This document shows, piece by piece, positions 39,711-50,405 of a DNA stretch of 64,000 bases. The notes under the pieces were generated by a model. It saw only the letters and a list, made by a program, of their open reading frames with translations. It made no database searches and had not been told where the DNA came from. Both the position numbers and the translations under genes were made by a program. Positions within the stretch are counted from its first letter, which is position 1. Each line of letters begins with the position of its first letter. This stretch comes from Acidimicrobiia bacterium (GTDB lineage Bacteria > Actinomycetota > Acidimicrobiia > Spongiisociales > ZC4RG35). Location: NCBI GenBank assembly GCA_050329555.1, contig JBHJOQ010000007.1:211-64210 (forward strand), read 5' to 3'.

Positions 39711-40381
39711 GGGGCCGTCAGTTTGATTCCAACTCCATGCACGGTATGGAGGTAGCGGGGCTCCGAGGCCGACTCGCCCAGCTTCTTGCGCAGCCACGAC
39801 AGGTGGACATCTACCGTCCGCTCCGAGCCGCCGTATGGCTCCCTCCACACCTCGGCGAGCATCTCCCGTTTGGTGACGACACTGCCGGAGCGTTCGACGA
39901 GCAGAAGAAGCAAATCGAACTCCTTGGGCGAGAGATCGAGCGCGGTCCCGCCAAGGGTTGCCTCACGGGCCGCCCCGACGATGCTGAGCTCTCCGACAGT
40001 GAGGGTCGCCGGTTCGTCTCCCGGGCGGCGTCTCAGGACCGCTCTCACCCTGGCCTCCAGGTTTTCGGCGGAGTACGGCTTCACTATGTAGTCGTCTGCT
40101 CCGGCATTGAGCAGCCGTACAACCGATGCGTCGTCGTCACGGGCCGTGGCCACGATCACCGGCACCTGACTGACCGCGCGCAGCATCCGCAACAGCTCGC
40201 CACCATCGAGGTCGGGGAGACCGAGGTCGAGGATCACGACATCCGGAGCAGTGGAGACGACCTGCTGCAAGCCTTCGAGCGCCGACGAGGACGTCTCGAT
40301 GTCGTGTCCCGCCCGGGCAAGGGCAGCCGCGACGAGCCTGCGGATGTCGGAGTCGTCTTCGATCAGGTGGATTCGTGCCAT
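39707..40381 (-). CDS. OmpR-family response regulator
   Basis: Start MARIHLIEDDSDIRRLV (ATG 40381). DVVILDLGLPDLDG. C-terminal winged helix VDVHLSWLRKKL. Confidence 0.9.
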   Translation of the reverse strand: MARIHLIEDDSDIRRLVAAALARAGHDIETSSSALEGLQQVVSTAPDVVILDLGLPDLDGGELLRMLRAVSQVPVIVATARDDDASVVRLLNAGADDYIVKPYSAENLEARVRAVLRRRPGDEPATLTVGELSIVGAAREATLGGTALDLSPKEFDLLLLLVERSGSVVTKREMLAEVWREPYGGSERTVDVHLSWLRKKLGESASEPRYLHTVHGVGIKLTAP

Positions 40382-40482
40382 TTCCAGAAAGCCTATTGGG
40401 AATATAAGGGCGGACAACGGTCTTAGGAAAACCTTGAGGCTTCGATGACACACAGACAACCGGGGTTGGGCATGATGGGCAG

Positions 40483-40980
40483 ATGATCTCAGCGCGACAT
40501 GCCCTCGGATGGTTACTGGCGACGACCCTGGTCACACTTGCCGCATGGTGGGTAGTCGCAGCAGCATCCGGCGAGGTCAACGAAACCGCCGGGGCCCCCC
40601 TGGTGGTGCCAACGACAAGCTCCTCTGTCGACACCGGATCATCTTCTCTCCCCGATACCCCGACAACCACAGCCCCCGGTTCGACGACCACATCTCAAGC
40701 AACCACGTCGACAACAGCACCGGGCGGTAGCACATCGACGACAACAGCCGCTCTGCCCTCGGGGGTGGAGACGATCAGTTCGGCCGGGGGAACGGTGACA
40801 GTCTCTTACGGCAATGGCCAGGTCCACCTGCAGGGGGCGACACCCGCATTCGGCTACTCGATGGAAGTCGAGAAGACGGGCCCGGACGAAGTCAGAGTCG
40901 ACTTCGAGTCCGACAGTTCCGATGTCTCAGTTCGGGTCAAATGGGAGGGCGGCAGCCTCGACATCGAGGTGAAGGACTGA
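40483..40980 (+). CDS. Membrane-anchored/secreted protein with Ser/Thr-rich linker, function unknown
   Basis: 165 aa, N-terminal TM, S/T/P linker, small beta-rich C-terminal domain. Divergent from the two-component operon. Confidence 0.55.
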   Translation: MISARHALGWLLATTLVTLAAWWVVAAASGEVNETAGAPLVVPTTSSSVDTGSSSLPDTPTTTAPGSTTTSQATTSTTAPGGSTSTTTAALPSGVETISSAGGTVTVSYGNGQVHLQGATPAFGYSMEVEKTGPDEVRVDFESDSSDVSVRVKWEGGSLDIEVKD

Positions 40981-41149
40981 CTCCGGCAGTGCTCTGGCCA
41001 GCAACGATGGCGATGTTCAGGGCGAGTCAGGGGCATCGTCCAGCAAGGACGCGTCGACGTTGGCCACCGGGCCGTTCGTCGAAGACGAGGACGCAGCTGG
41101 CGGCGTCACCTGGCCGTCCCGAACGCGGCAAACGTTGGAGGTCGGGGCA

Positions 41150-41923
41150 CTAGCCGCCGGTAAACTCCGGCTTTCTCTTTTCGACAAACGCTGTCACGCC
41201 CTCGCGCGCATCAACGGTCGTGAAGAGCCTTTGAAAAGCGGCGGTTTCTCTGGCCATGTCAGCTTCGAAGTTATTGTTGACACCGGTCTCGTTGAGGACG
41301 CGCTTCGCCTCGGCGAGTCCCCGAGTTGCCATCGTCGCCAGCTCAGCCGCATCTTTCATCGCCAGCGGGAGGATGTCATCGACCGATGCCACCCGGTCGG
41401 CAAGGCCGATCTCCAAAGCCTCCCCTGCAGAGACCTGCTTGCCGCTGAAGACCAATCTCTTCGCCCGCTGATACCCGATCAGCCTGGCCAGCCTCTGGGT
41501 CCCGCCCGCACCGGGGATGAGTCCGAGCAGGATCTCCGGCTGACCGACCACAGCGTCGTCGGACAAGTACCTGAAGTCGGCTCCCATAGCCAGCTCCAAG
41601 CCGCCGCCGAGGGCAAAGCCGTGGACGACAGCAATCGTCGGCTTTTCCAGCTTCTCGAGGACGTCGATCGCCTGAACAAGCGAGCCTGCGATCGCATCGC
41701 TCTCGGAGCTCGATTCCATCTGCTCTTTGAACCCCTTGATATCGGCTCCAGCGGCGAAGTTTGGCTCTCCGGTCACCACCACCGCCCGAATCGACGGGTC
41801 CTCACACTCGCGGAAGGCCTCGAGCAGGTCGTTTGCAAGCTCCAGATTCAGAGCATTGACAGGTGGGCGGTTGAGCCGCGCCAGTGCGACGGCTCCTTCT
41901 CTCGTGAGTTCAACTAAGGCCAT
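41150..41923 (-). CDS. Enoyl-CoA hydratase/isomerase (crotonase family)
   Basis: 257 aa. FAAGADIKGF, HGFALGGGLELAMGADFR. Confidence 0.9.
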   Translation of the reverse strand: MALVELTREGAVALARLNRPPVNALNLELANDLLEAFRECEDPSIRAVVVTGEPNFAAGADIKGFKEQMESSSESDAIAGSLVQAIDVLEKLEKPTIAVVHGFALGGGLELAMGADFRYLSDDAVVGQPEILLGLIPGAGGTQRLARLIGYQRAKRLVFSGKQVSAGEALEIGLADRVASVDDILPLAMKDAAELATMATRGLAEAKRVLNETGVNNNFEADMARETAAFQRLFTTVDAREGVTAFVEKRKPEFTGG

Positions 41924-41972
41924 GTCAGCAGGCTAGCGGCGCCGCAAAATCTTCCACGAGGCCCGACGGCGA

Positions 41973-42581
41973 TCAGCCGTCGGACAGGTATCTGGCGAGG
42001 TCGATAAGTGCCCGCTGGAATTCCTCACCGTGGCCTGGCACAACGGCATGAGCCACTTCATGGGCGACAACCCATGCATTGGCAGGCCGATCGATCAGAA
42101 TCGACCGCGTCGACGGGTCGTACACGCCCCCGAGGCGCCCACCAAGATCATCGACAACGGCAAGGGCGACCCGATCGATGCCGAGATGGTCGGTCAACTC
42201 GTTTGCCAGGGCGACTGCCGCCGCGTCGTCGAGGAGAGTGTTGGCCAGACGGCTCATTTCCAGGTCAAGTCCGGCCTCAACAACCGCCTCCCGGACGATG
42301 CAATAGTCATCGCCGCAGATCGCGAGTCCGCTGTCTGAGACCGCCGGAGTCGTCCCGTCAAACAGACTCTGCAGGGGAAGTATCGCCAAGCTCACCGCGA
42401 CCAGAACTGCGATAGCCACCACCGCCGGCCGCCGCCAGCGCGAGGGTGGGGTCGGTTCGAGTTCCTCGTCGTCGGCATCCCACTCGTCGAACGTCGCTTC
42501 AGAGTCGGTGGGTTGCAAGTTCATGTGCGAGTCGGTGATGGTATCGGCAGAGGGATCCAACCTCACCCGGCCGGAGAGCAT
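41973..42581 (-). CDS. Membrane-anchored HExxH protein (putative zinc metalloprotease-like)
   Basis: TM AVVAIAVLVAVSLAILPL. WVVAHEVAHAVVPGHGEEF. Its ATG shares base 42581 with the stop of the upstream acetyltransferase gene (TGATG). The internal start MNLQPTD is an alternative. Confidence 0.6.
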   Translation of the reverse strand: MLSGRVRLDPSADTITDSHMNLQPTDSEATFDEWDADDEELEPTPPSRWRRPAVVAIAVLVAVSLAILPLQSLFDGTTPAVSDSGLAICGDDYCIVREAVVEAGLDLEMSRLANTLLDDAAAVALANELTDHLGIDRVALAVVDDLGGRLGGVYDPSTRSILIDRPANAWVVAHEVAHAVVPGHGEEFQRALIDLARYLSDG

Positions 42582-45316
42582 CAGTGCGGCGCAGGCTCGG
42601 TCGCCGGGAGGTCTCGCATCTCGGGGCGCTCGGCGGGGGGAACCGGGCGAATTCTCACTCTGGCGTCGACGACTGTCACCCCGCCCCCCGGCTGGTGGAC
42701 TTTCACCGGGTTGAGGTCCATCTCCACCAGCTCCGGGACAGCCGAGATCAGCGCAGACACCCGGAGGATTGCATCTTCCAGAGCAGCGATGTCCCCCTCG
42801 GGCTGGTTGCGATAGCCCTCGAGCAGCTTGAAGCCCTTGGTATCGCGAATCATCTCCCCGGCGTCGACGTCGGTCAATGGATGGATCCGGAAGGCGACGT
42901 CCTTGAGCAGCTCCACGTATATCCCACCCAGGCCAAACACCACGAGTGGACCGAAATTGGGATCCTGCGTCATGCCCACGAGAACCTCATGGCCACCGGA
43001 AACGAACTCCTGGATCAGAACGCCTTCGGCGTCGTGAACAACTCCAGTGACCGCCCCAAAGCCCGAGCGCACCTCCGCCTCGCCCTCGACTCCGAGGATC
43101 ACCCCTCCCACATCGGACTTGTGCAAAGCCGACGCAGAAATCACCTTGAGGACGACCGGCCCCCCGATCTCAGCAGCGCGTTCCACCGCTTCGTCGGCAG
43201 TGTGCGCCTTTGCCGACTTCGGGACTCGCAGCCCGGCATACTGCAAAACCAACTCGACATCGGCCGGATCAAGCCAGACCCCGTCTTCGGGAGCGCCGTC
43301 GGCTGCTCTGTCGATGACGATCCTGATCGCGGTAACTGAGTCGTCTTCGAGGCGCGACTCGACACCCTGTTCCCTGGCCCGCCATGCGCCGTGGCCCACA
43401 GCCCGGGACAGGGCAAGGGCGGCGGCCTCGGGGAATGCATATGTGGGGATTCCACGCTGGCCATCACCACCGCCGAGCGGGCGGGCAACGTCGCCCGCCT
43501 GCATGAACACCGAGAGCAGGGCGACACCGCCCTCGTAGCCGTCCTGACACGACCGGATGGCCATGGCCACGTCGTGGGCCCCGTCCGGTGATGTGGGAAC
43601 GTAGATGACCATCACGGCATCGACCTCCCCGGACTCCAACAACAGCCTGGTTACAGCCTCGAACTGGGCCGGGCCCCCCGACGCGATCAGATCGACCGGG
43701 TTCCTCGTTGAGGCTTCTTCAGGCAAGTGCGACTGCATCGCGGAGCGAAGGCCGGCGGAGAGCTCCGGCAGCTCGAGGCCGTTCGCCTCCAGAGAGTCTG
43801 CAGCGAGAATTCCCGGGCCGCCTGCGTTGGTGACGATTCCTACCCTGGTCCCGGCAGGCACGGGCTGGTTGGCTAGGAGGTTCGCCGCACCGAACAGCTC
43901 CTCGATCGTGTCGACTCGAATCACTCCTGCATGGCGGAACAATGCGTCCACAGCCACATCAGAAGAGGCGAGGGCGCCGGTGTGCGACGACGCCGCCCGA
44001 CTGCCCGCAACCGACCTACCCGACTTGACCGCGATTATCGGCTTGCGCCGACCGATCCGGCGGGCAAGACGGGAGAACCTCGTCGGATTTCCGAACGATT
44101 CGAGATACAGAGTGATCACGTCGGTCTCGGGATCGTCCTCCCATGCGAGGAGGAGGTCGTTGGCGCTGACATCGGCCTTGTTCCCGACGGAAACGAACTG
44201 GGAGATCCCGATGTTGTTTCGGGTTGCGTAGTCGAGGATCGAGATCCCGAGGGCTCCTGACTGGCTCGACATCGCAACATTTCCTGCCGGCGGATAGACC
44301 GGGGCGAAGGTCCCGTTGAGGCGGACCGCGCTCGCGGTGTTGAGCAGGCCCATACAGTTCGGCCCGACCATCCGCATTCCAGACTCCCGCACGATCTTCA
44401 GTAACTCGGCCTCGTCCGTTGCGCCCTTCGCGCCGACCTCGGAGAAACCCGCCGAGATGACCACCACACCACGAACACCCTTCTCCACACACTCCTTCAC
44501 GACTCCGATGACCATTGGCTGGGGAACCACCACAAACGCCAGATCGACGTCATCGGGCACATCCATCACCGACGAATAGGCTCTGACCGAGCGGACCACC
44601 CGCGACTTCGGGTTCACCGGATACAACGGGCCGGTGAAGCCCTCCGAGAGGATGTTGTGAAACAGCCTTCCCCCAATCGAAGCCGGGTTGTTCGAAGCGC
44701 CGATCACCGCAACGGAGCGCGGGAAGAACATCGGCAATAGCGAAGCGGCGACCGCCCGCTTCTCATAGTCCCCGGCCACGGTCAAAGACTCTTCGCTCTC
44801 AGCGGTCGGGAAGTCGACCGTGAAAACCCCCTGGTCGATTGTCCGGGTCAGCTCATATCCGCTGTTGCGGAAGAGCCGCATCATCTGCCTGTTCTCCGGG
44901 AGGACGTAGGCACGGAAAGCGTCAATGCCGGTCCCCCGGGCGTGGCTGGTCAGCAATTGGAGGAGTTTTGTGCCCAGCCCCCTGCCCTGATGCTCGTCGG
45001 CAACTGCAAACGCCACTTCTGCTTCGTTGTGGCCCGCGCTCTCCTTGTCATAGCTGGCGATACCGATCATCTCTGCGTCGTAAAGCGCGATCAGCGCCAT
45101 ACGATCGCGATAGTCGACGGTGGTGAAGTACCGAACTTCATCAGGATTCAGCGACTCCTTGAGCTTAAAGAACCGGAAGTACCTCGACTCGGGGCCCAGC
45201 TTCTCGAAGAATCGGATGATCAAATCGGAGTCGGTGGGCTTGATCGGCCTGATCCGGACCCCACCGCCGTCGCGCAGGACTGCATCCAACTCGTATTCCA
45301 CCGGGTAATCGCCCAA
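42581..45316 (-). CDS. Protein lysine acetyltransferase, N-terminal GNAT fused to an NDP-forming acyl-CoA synthetase-like region (PatA-type domain order)
   Basis: 911 aa, TTG start. GNAT motif A QGRGLGTKLL. CoA-binding RSVAVIGASNNPASIGG. Succinyl-CoA-synthetase-like and ATP-grasp regions at the C-terminus. Confidence 0.9.
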   Translation of the reverse strand: MGDYPVEYELDAVLRDGGGVRIRPIKPTDSDLIIRFFEKLGPESRYFRFFKLKESLNPDEVRYFTTVDYRDRMALIALYDAEMIGIASYDKESAGHNEAEVAFAVADEHQGRGLGTKLLQLLTSHARGTGIDAFRAYVLPENRQMMRLFRNSGYELTRTIDQGVFTVDFPTAESEESLTVAGDYEKRAVAASLLPMFFPRSVAVIGASNNPASIGGRLFHNILSEGFTGPLYPVNPKSRVVRSVRAYSSVMDVPDDVDLAFVVVPQPMVIGVVKECVEKGVRGVVVISAGFSEVGAKGATDEAELLKIVRESGMRMVGPNCMGLLNTASAVRLNGTFAPVYPPAGNVAMSSQSGALGISILDYATRNNIGISQFVSVGNKADVSANDLLLAWEDDPETDVITLYLESFGNPTRFSRLARRIGRRKPIIAVKSGRSVAGSRAASSHTGALASSDVAVDALFRHAGVIRVDTIEELFGAANLLANQPVPAGTRVGIVTNAGGPGILAADSLEANGLELPELSAGLRSAMQSHLPEEASTRNPVDLIASGGPAQFEAVTRLLLESGEVDAVMVIYVPTSPDGAHDVAMAIRSCQDGYEGGVALLSVFMQAGDVARPLGGGDGQRGIPTYAFPEAAALALSRAVGHGAWRAREQGVESRLEDDSVTAIRIVIDRAADGAPEDGVWLDPADVELVLQYAGLRVPKSAKAHTADEAVERAAEIGGPVVLKVISASALHKSDVGGVILGVEGEAEVRSGFGAVTGVVHDAEGVLIQEFVSGGHEVLVGMTQDPNFGPLVVFGLGGIYVELLKDVAFRIHPLTDVDAGEMIRDTKGFKLLEGYRNQPEGDIAALEDAILRVSALISAVPELVEMDLNPVKVHQPGGGVTVVDARVRIRPVPPAERPEMRDLPATEPAPH

Positions 45317-45536
45317 TTGTCGCCTTTCGTCTGGTCGCCCGCTGACAAGGATACGAGATCAACACCCGGAGTTACCCGTTCCTAACCCACCATGTCGCTA
45401 CAATCGACGGTAACGGGAAAGGTCCAGGGTGGAACCTCTGTGTGGGACCTCTCACCGGTCAGCATCGTGGGGCCCGGGTTCGGTTCCTCTCCCCTCCCCC
45501 ACCCACCGGCCCGGGTCCCGCGACCTTTCCAGCGTT

Positions 45537-45659
45537 TGCACTGTGCCCAACAGAACGGATTCCGCCGAACCCCTCTGCACGGTGCAGCATCCCCTCACCT
45601 TTCTGATAGCTGCACTGTGCAAGAAGGAGCGGCGGATACCGAACCCTCCTGCACAGTGC
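45537..45659. repeat. Four TGCAC-N-GTGC(A) palindromic boxes within an imperfect ~74-nt tandem duplication
   Basis: Boxes at 45537-45546, 45576-45586 (CTGCACGGTGCAG), 45611-45621 and 45650-45659. Boxes 2 and 4 are each preceded by CCGAACCC.TC. Located between the tRNA-Leu 3' end and the pat start. Confidence 0.6.
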
Positions 45660-45679
45660 GGCGGTAGTTGGTAGAGCGG

Positions 45680-45765
45680 TGCCCGGGGTGGGAATCGAAC
45701 CCACACGGGCCGAATCGGCCCAAGGGGGTTTAAGCCCCTCGCGTCTACCGTTCCGCCACCCGGGC
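45680..45765 (-). tRNA. tRNA-Leu (anticodon UAA), long variable arm, CCA not encoded
   Basis: Hand-folded: acceptor GCCCGGG/CCCGGGC, D-arm GCG-GAACGGUAGAC-GCG, anticodon stem AGGGG/CCCCU with loop CUUAAAC, variable arm GGGCCGAUUCGGCCC, T-arm GUGGG-UUCGAUU-CCCAC. Confidence 0.9.
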
Positions 45766-45782
45766 AAGGTCAGAAGATCGGG

Positions 45783-46670
45783 CTAATCAGCCAGAAGTTC
45801 GGCGGCCACGCCATCGAGAGTATCGCGCTCTGACACCGTTATCTCATCCATATCGAGATGGCGGAGCACCTCGCGAGCGATCACCGCCCCGGAAAGGATC
45901 ACCGGGGCCCGCTTCGGGTCCAGGGCCGGTATCGACGCAGTCTCCTCCGGAGTCATCCGGGCGAGCATGGCCACAAGCCGATCGAGGTCCGGGGCACCCA
46001 TCTTGAAACCGTGGACACGATCGCTCTCATACCGGGGCAGCTCGAGTGCGATTGCTGCCAGCGATGTCCAGGTTCCGGCGATGCCGATCGAACGAACCGA
46101 GTTCCGCGCCACGACAGCGAAGAGCTCGCGCACGTGAGCTGCGGCACTATCAAGCTGTTCTCGAGAAGCGGGTCGATCGGTGAGAATCCGCTCGGTCAGG
46201 CGCACCGATCCAATATCGACCGACGCAGAGGATTCGATGGACACGAATTCGGAGGAGCCGCCGCCGATGTCGGAGACCATGACCTCGGAACGATCGTCGA
46301 GGCCGCTGGTTGCGCCCTCGAAAGCGTATTGAGCTTCTTTTTCCCCGCTGATGAGGGTGGGCATAACCCCAAGCACCACTTGCGCCCTTTTGAAGAACTC
46401 GTGGCGGTTTTCGGCGTCACGCGACGCCGAGGTGGCGATTGCCTTCCTCCGATTCACGCCATACTTTTCCATGAGCAAGCCGAACCGGGCGAAGACTTCG
46501 AGGGTGGCGGCGATCGACGACTCCGACAGCCGCCCTGTCCTGTCAACTCCAGCGCCCAGCCCGGTTACCTCGACCCAGCGTCCTGCTTCGACGTGGCGGG
46601 AAGTTATCAGCAGGCGCATCGAGTTCGTCCCGATGTCGACAACCCCGACGTTCAAGGGAGGTTCGACCAC
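45783..46670 (-). CDS. ppx: Exopolyphosphatase / Ppx-GppA family phosphatase
   Basis: VGVVDIGTNSMRLL, SDIGGGSSEF. Start set at GTG 46670 because the longer track ORF overlaps the upstream DUF501 gene. Confidence 0.85.
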   Translation of the reverse strand: MVEPPLNVGVVDIGTNSMRLLITSRHVEAGRWVEVTGLGAGVDRTGRLSESSIAATLEVFARFGLLMEKYGVNRRKAIATSASRDAENRHEFFKRAQVVLGVMPTLISGEKEAQYAFEGATSGLDDRSEVMVSDIGGGSSEFVSIESSASVDIGSVRLTERILTDRPASREQLDSAAAHVRELFAVVARNSVRSIGIAGTWTSLAAIALELPRYESDRVHGFKMGAPDLDRLVAMLARMTPEETASIPALDPKRAPVILSGAVIAREVLRHLDMDEITVSERDTLDGVAAELLAD

Positions 46671-47170
46671 TCGGGGTTCCAGCCGCCATCCACCACGCAA
46701 CGAACCTGGCAGTCGAGGGGCTCGATCCAGGAGGCAACCGCCGCACCTACCGGGTTCTCCCCGCCGGCTGCGGTGTGGGCGTAGTGGGCGTGGAGGCACT
46801 TCACCCCCGCCCTCGATCCGCCGACTCCCCCTGTTGGCCGGGGCAGGTCGTCATCGGGCAGCGACGCATCACGCAGTGCTCCGTAGCTGGTGTGAGCGGC
46901 CTCCAATGCTGCTCCGAATGCGAGATCGCTCGATGCTTTCGCCTCCATCCGCTTCACACCGCCCGCTCCTTCCAGACGGCCAATCCGGGTGGCGGCCAGC
47001 GGGCAGGTCAGCCAGTAGAGGGTGGGAAACGGAGTCCCATCGTCGAGCCGGGGTGGGACCTGGATCACCACGGGCAGCCCGAGGTGGCAACGCGCCACCA
47101 CATCGGACTCGGCCCTGGGTGATCTCCCGATCTGGACCTCGACTACCGCCCGGTCGTCAAGCGTGCCCAC
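46652..47170 (-). CDS. DUF501-domain protein
   Basis: 172 aa. Position between the ftsB-like gene and ppx, as in the mycobacterial eno-Rv1024-Rv1025-ppx block (from memory). CHLGLPVVIQ...YWLTCP. Confidence 0.75.
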   Translation of the reverse strand: MGTLDDRAVVEVQIGRSPRAESDVVARCHLGLPVVIQVPPRLDDGTPFPTLYWLTCPLAATRIGRLEGAGGVKRMEAKASSDLAFGAALEAAHTSYGALRDASLPDDDLPRPTGGVGGSRAGVKCLHAHYAHTAAGGENPVGAAVASWIEPLDCQVRCVVDGGWNPEWSNLP

Positions 47171-47173
47171 CGG

Positions 47174-48864
<1,691 letters not shown>

Positions 48865-49038
48865 TCAAACTACCAGCGTGCAGGACTATCCCTCGTTTCT
48901 CCGCAAGATTGCTCGACACCGTTTCGTGCAAGCCACGGTTCTTCACACATGCGGTCGCGCTGGGAGGAATGCTTGAGCAAAGCCGAAGAAGAGGGCCACG
49001 GTGGGAGCCAGAGAAACCGCCTGGCCCGATGGCTGGGA

Positions 49039-50370
49039 TCACCCGGAGCCGGATCTGCCGTTGAACTCCGATTCGAATCTATCGATAGCCCTGCGGAGGG
49101 CGATCTCCGGGTCGATGCCTGCCCTGCGGGTGTAGTCGACAATGGCGAAGAGAGCCTGTCCCACAATGTGTTCGCGATCCACGTCCCTTCCGTTCTCCAG
49201 TGTGGAAAGCTCACTTGCAACCTGATCGAGCCCCCGGGCCACTACGTCCCCGCCCGCCTTGGACACTCTGTTCTGGACCTTTGCCGCTCGATGCAATGCA
49301 GGCATGCCGGGGGGAACTCCGTCGAGAGCCGAACTTGTCCCGCCTCCCTTCTCCTCCCGCTTGATCCGATCCCAATTCGACTTGACGTCGGATGCGTCTG
49401 CCACTTCGACATCGCCGAAGACGTGGGGGTGGCGCCTCACCAGCTTCTGGCGGAGAACCTCGGCGACGTCATCGATGTCAAAGGCTCCGGACTCGGCTCC
49501 GATAGCTGCCTGGAACAGAACCTGAAGGAGCACATCGCCGACCTCCTCCTCGACCCTGGCCAGACCCACCATGTCGCCATCTTCGAACCCCGCCACTGCT
49601 TCGATCAATTCATAGGTCTCCTCGACGAGGTTTTTGGTGAGGCTGGCGTGGGTCTGTTCCCGATCCCAGGGGCATTCCCTGCGCAGTTGTTCCATGACCC
49701 GGATGGCGCCGGCGATTCCGCCGGCAGCGGTGTCGATCCACAGCGAGGTCCGAAACCCTGCCCACGCCGGGTCGATTTCCTCGATAGGCCCCGTCCAGGT
49801 GACAGCGTCAGCTGCTCCGAGACCTGCGAACAGCTTGATCTCGCTGCTCTCGGGAAGCACCCGGGCGAGATTGGCGGCAACGTCGGCGAGCACTTCAGGG
49901 CGGTCGAGGTGGCCTACGATCGTCGGCTTGTCCACGACCAACGGGAACGGCAACTCGTGGCCGTTGAGGATCTGCAGACCCCGGTCCAAGGGGTCGTATC
50001 CAACTTCGGAGAGAATGACATCGACGAAGGTCTCGGCATTCAGAACCTCCACGTCCTCGCCCCTGTCGACGATCTGACGTACTGCGAATTCACCCACAGC
50101 CGGCCCACCCGGCACCGCGTAGACCACCGGACCGGCGCTGGCTGCAGCCAATACCCTGTCTGCGATTGCCGAGTACACCGATTCGAAGGTGGGGCTTGCC
50201 TCATAGAGGTCGTCGCAGAAGGTCACCTCCCGCAGCTCTGCAAGCTGGGCGGCGGCGGGATGGTTCACCGTACGGATGATCAAGGCCCGTTTCGGGTCGA
50301 GCAGGATGTCGAGCACCGGCCTCGGAATCCGGGCGATGTCGCCTGGCCCGAGACCGGTGATCAGGATCAT
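49039..50370 (-). CDS. mazG: MazG nucleoside triphosphate pyrophosphohydrolase with N-terminal tetrapyrrole-methylase-like domain
   Basis: 443 aa. MILITGLGPGD N-domain. Two MazG repeats (EETYELIEA, EEVGDVLLQVLF; ELSTLENG...IVGQALFAIV). Confidence 0.9.
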   Translation of the reverse strand: MILITGLGPGDIARIPRPVLDILLDPKRALIIRTVNHPAAAQLAELREVTFCDDLYEASPTFESVYSAIADRVLAAASAGPVVYAVPGGPAVGEFAVRQIVDRGEDVEVLNAETFVDVILSEVGYDPLDRGLQILNGHELPFPLVVDKPTIVGHLDRPEVLADVAANLARVLPESSEIKLFAGLGAADAVTWTGPIEEIDPAWAGFRTSLWIDTAAGGIAGAIRVMEQLRRECPWDREQTHASLTKNLVEETYELIEAVAGFEDGDMVGLARVEEEVGDVLLQVLFQAAIGAESGAFDIDDVAEVLRQKLVRRHPHVFGDVEVADASDVKSNWDRIKREEKGGGTSSALDGVPPGMPALHRAAKVQNRVSKAGGDVVARGLDQVASELSTLENGRDVDREHIVGQALFAIVDYTRRAGIDPEIALRRAIDRFESEFNGRSGSG

Positions 50371-50405
50371 GGGATCACTTTCGGCTGTTGTCGTCTTGGC
50401 TTCCC

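Noticed and set aside
45680-45765. tRNA-Leu(UAA) as a bldA-like developmental or regulatory rare-codon switch
   Set aside because: TTA codons occur in ordinary metabolic genes in this same window (for example 5656-5658 in the ALDH and 16502-16504 in the PuuD-like gene). TTA is therefore not restricted to regulatory targets as in Streptomyces, and this is most simply a normal tRNA.
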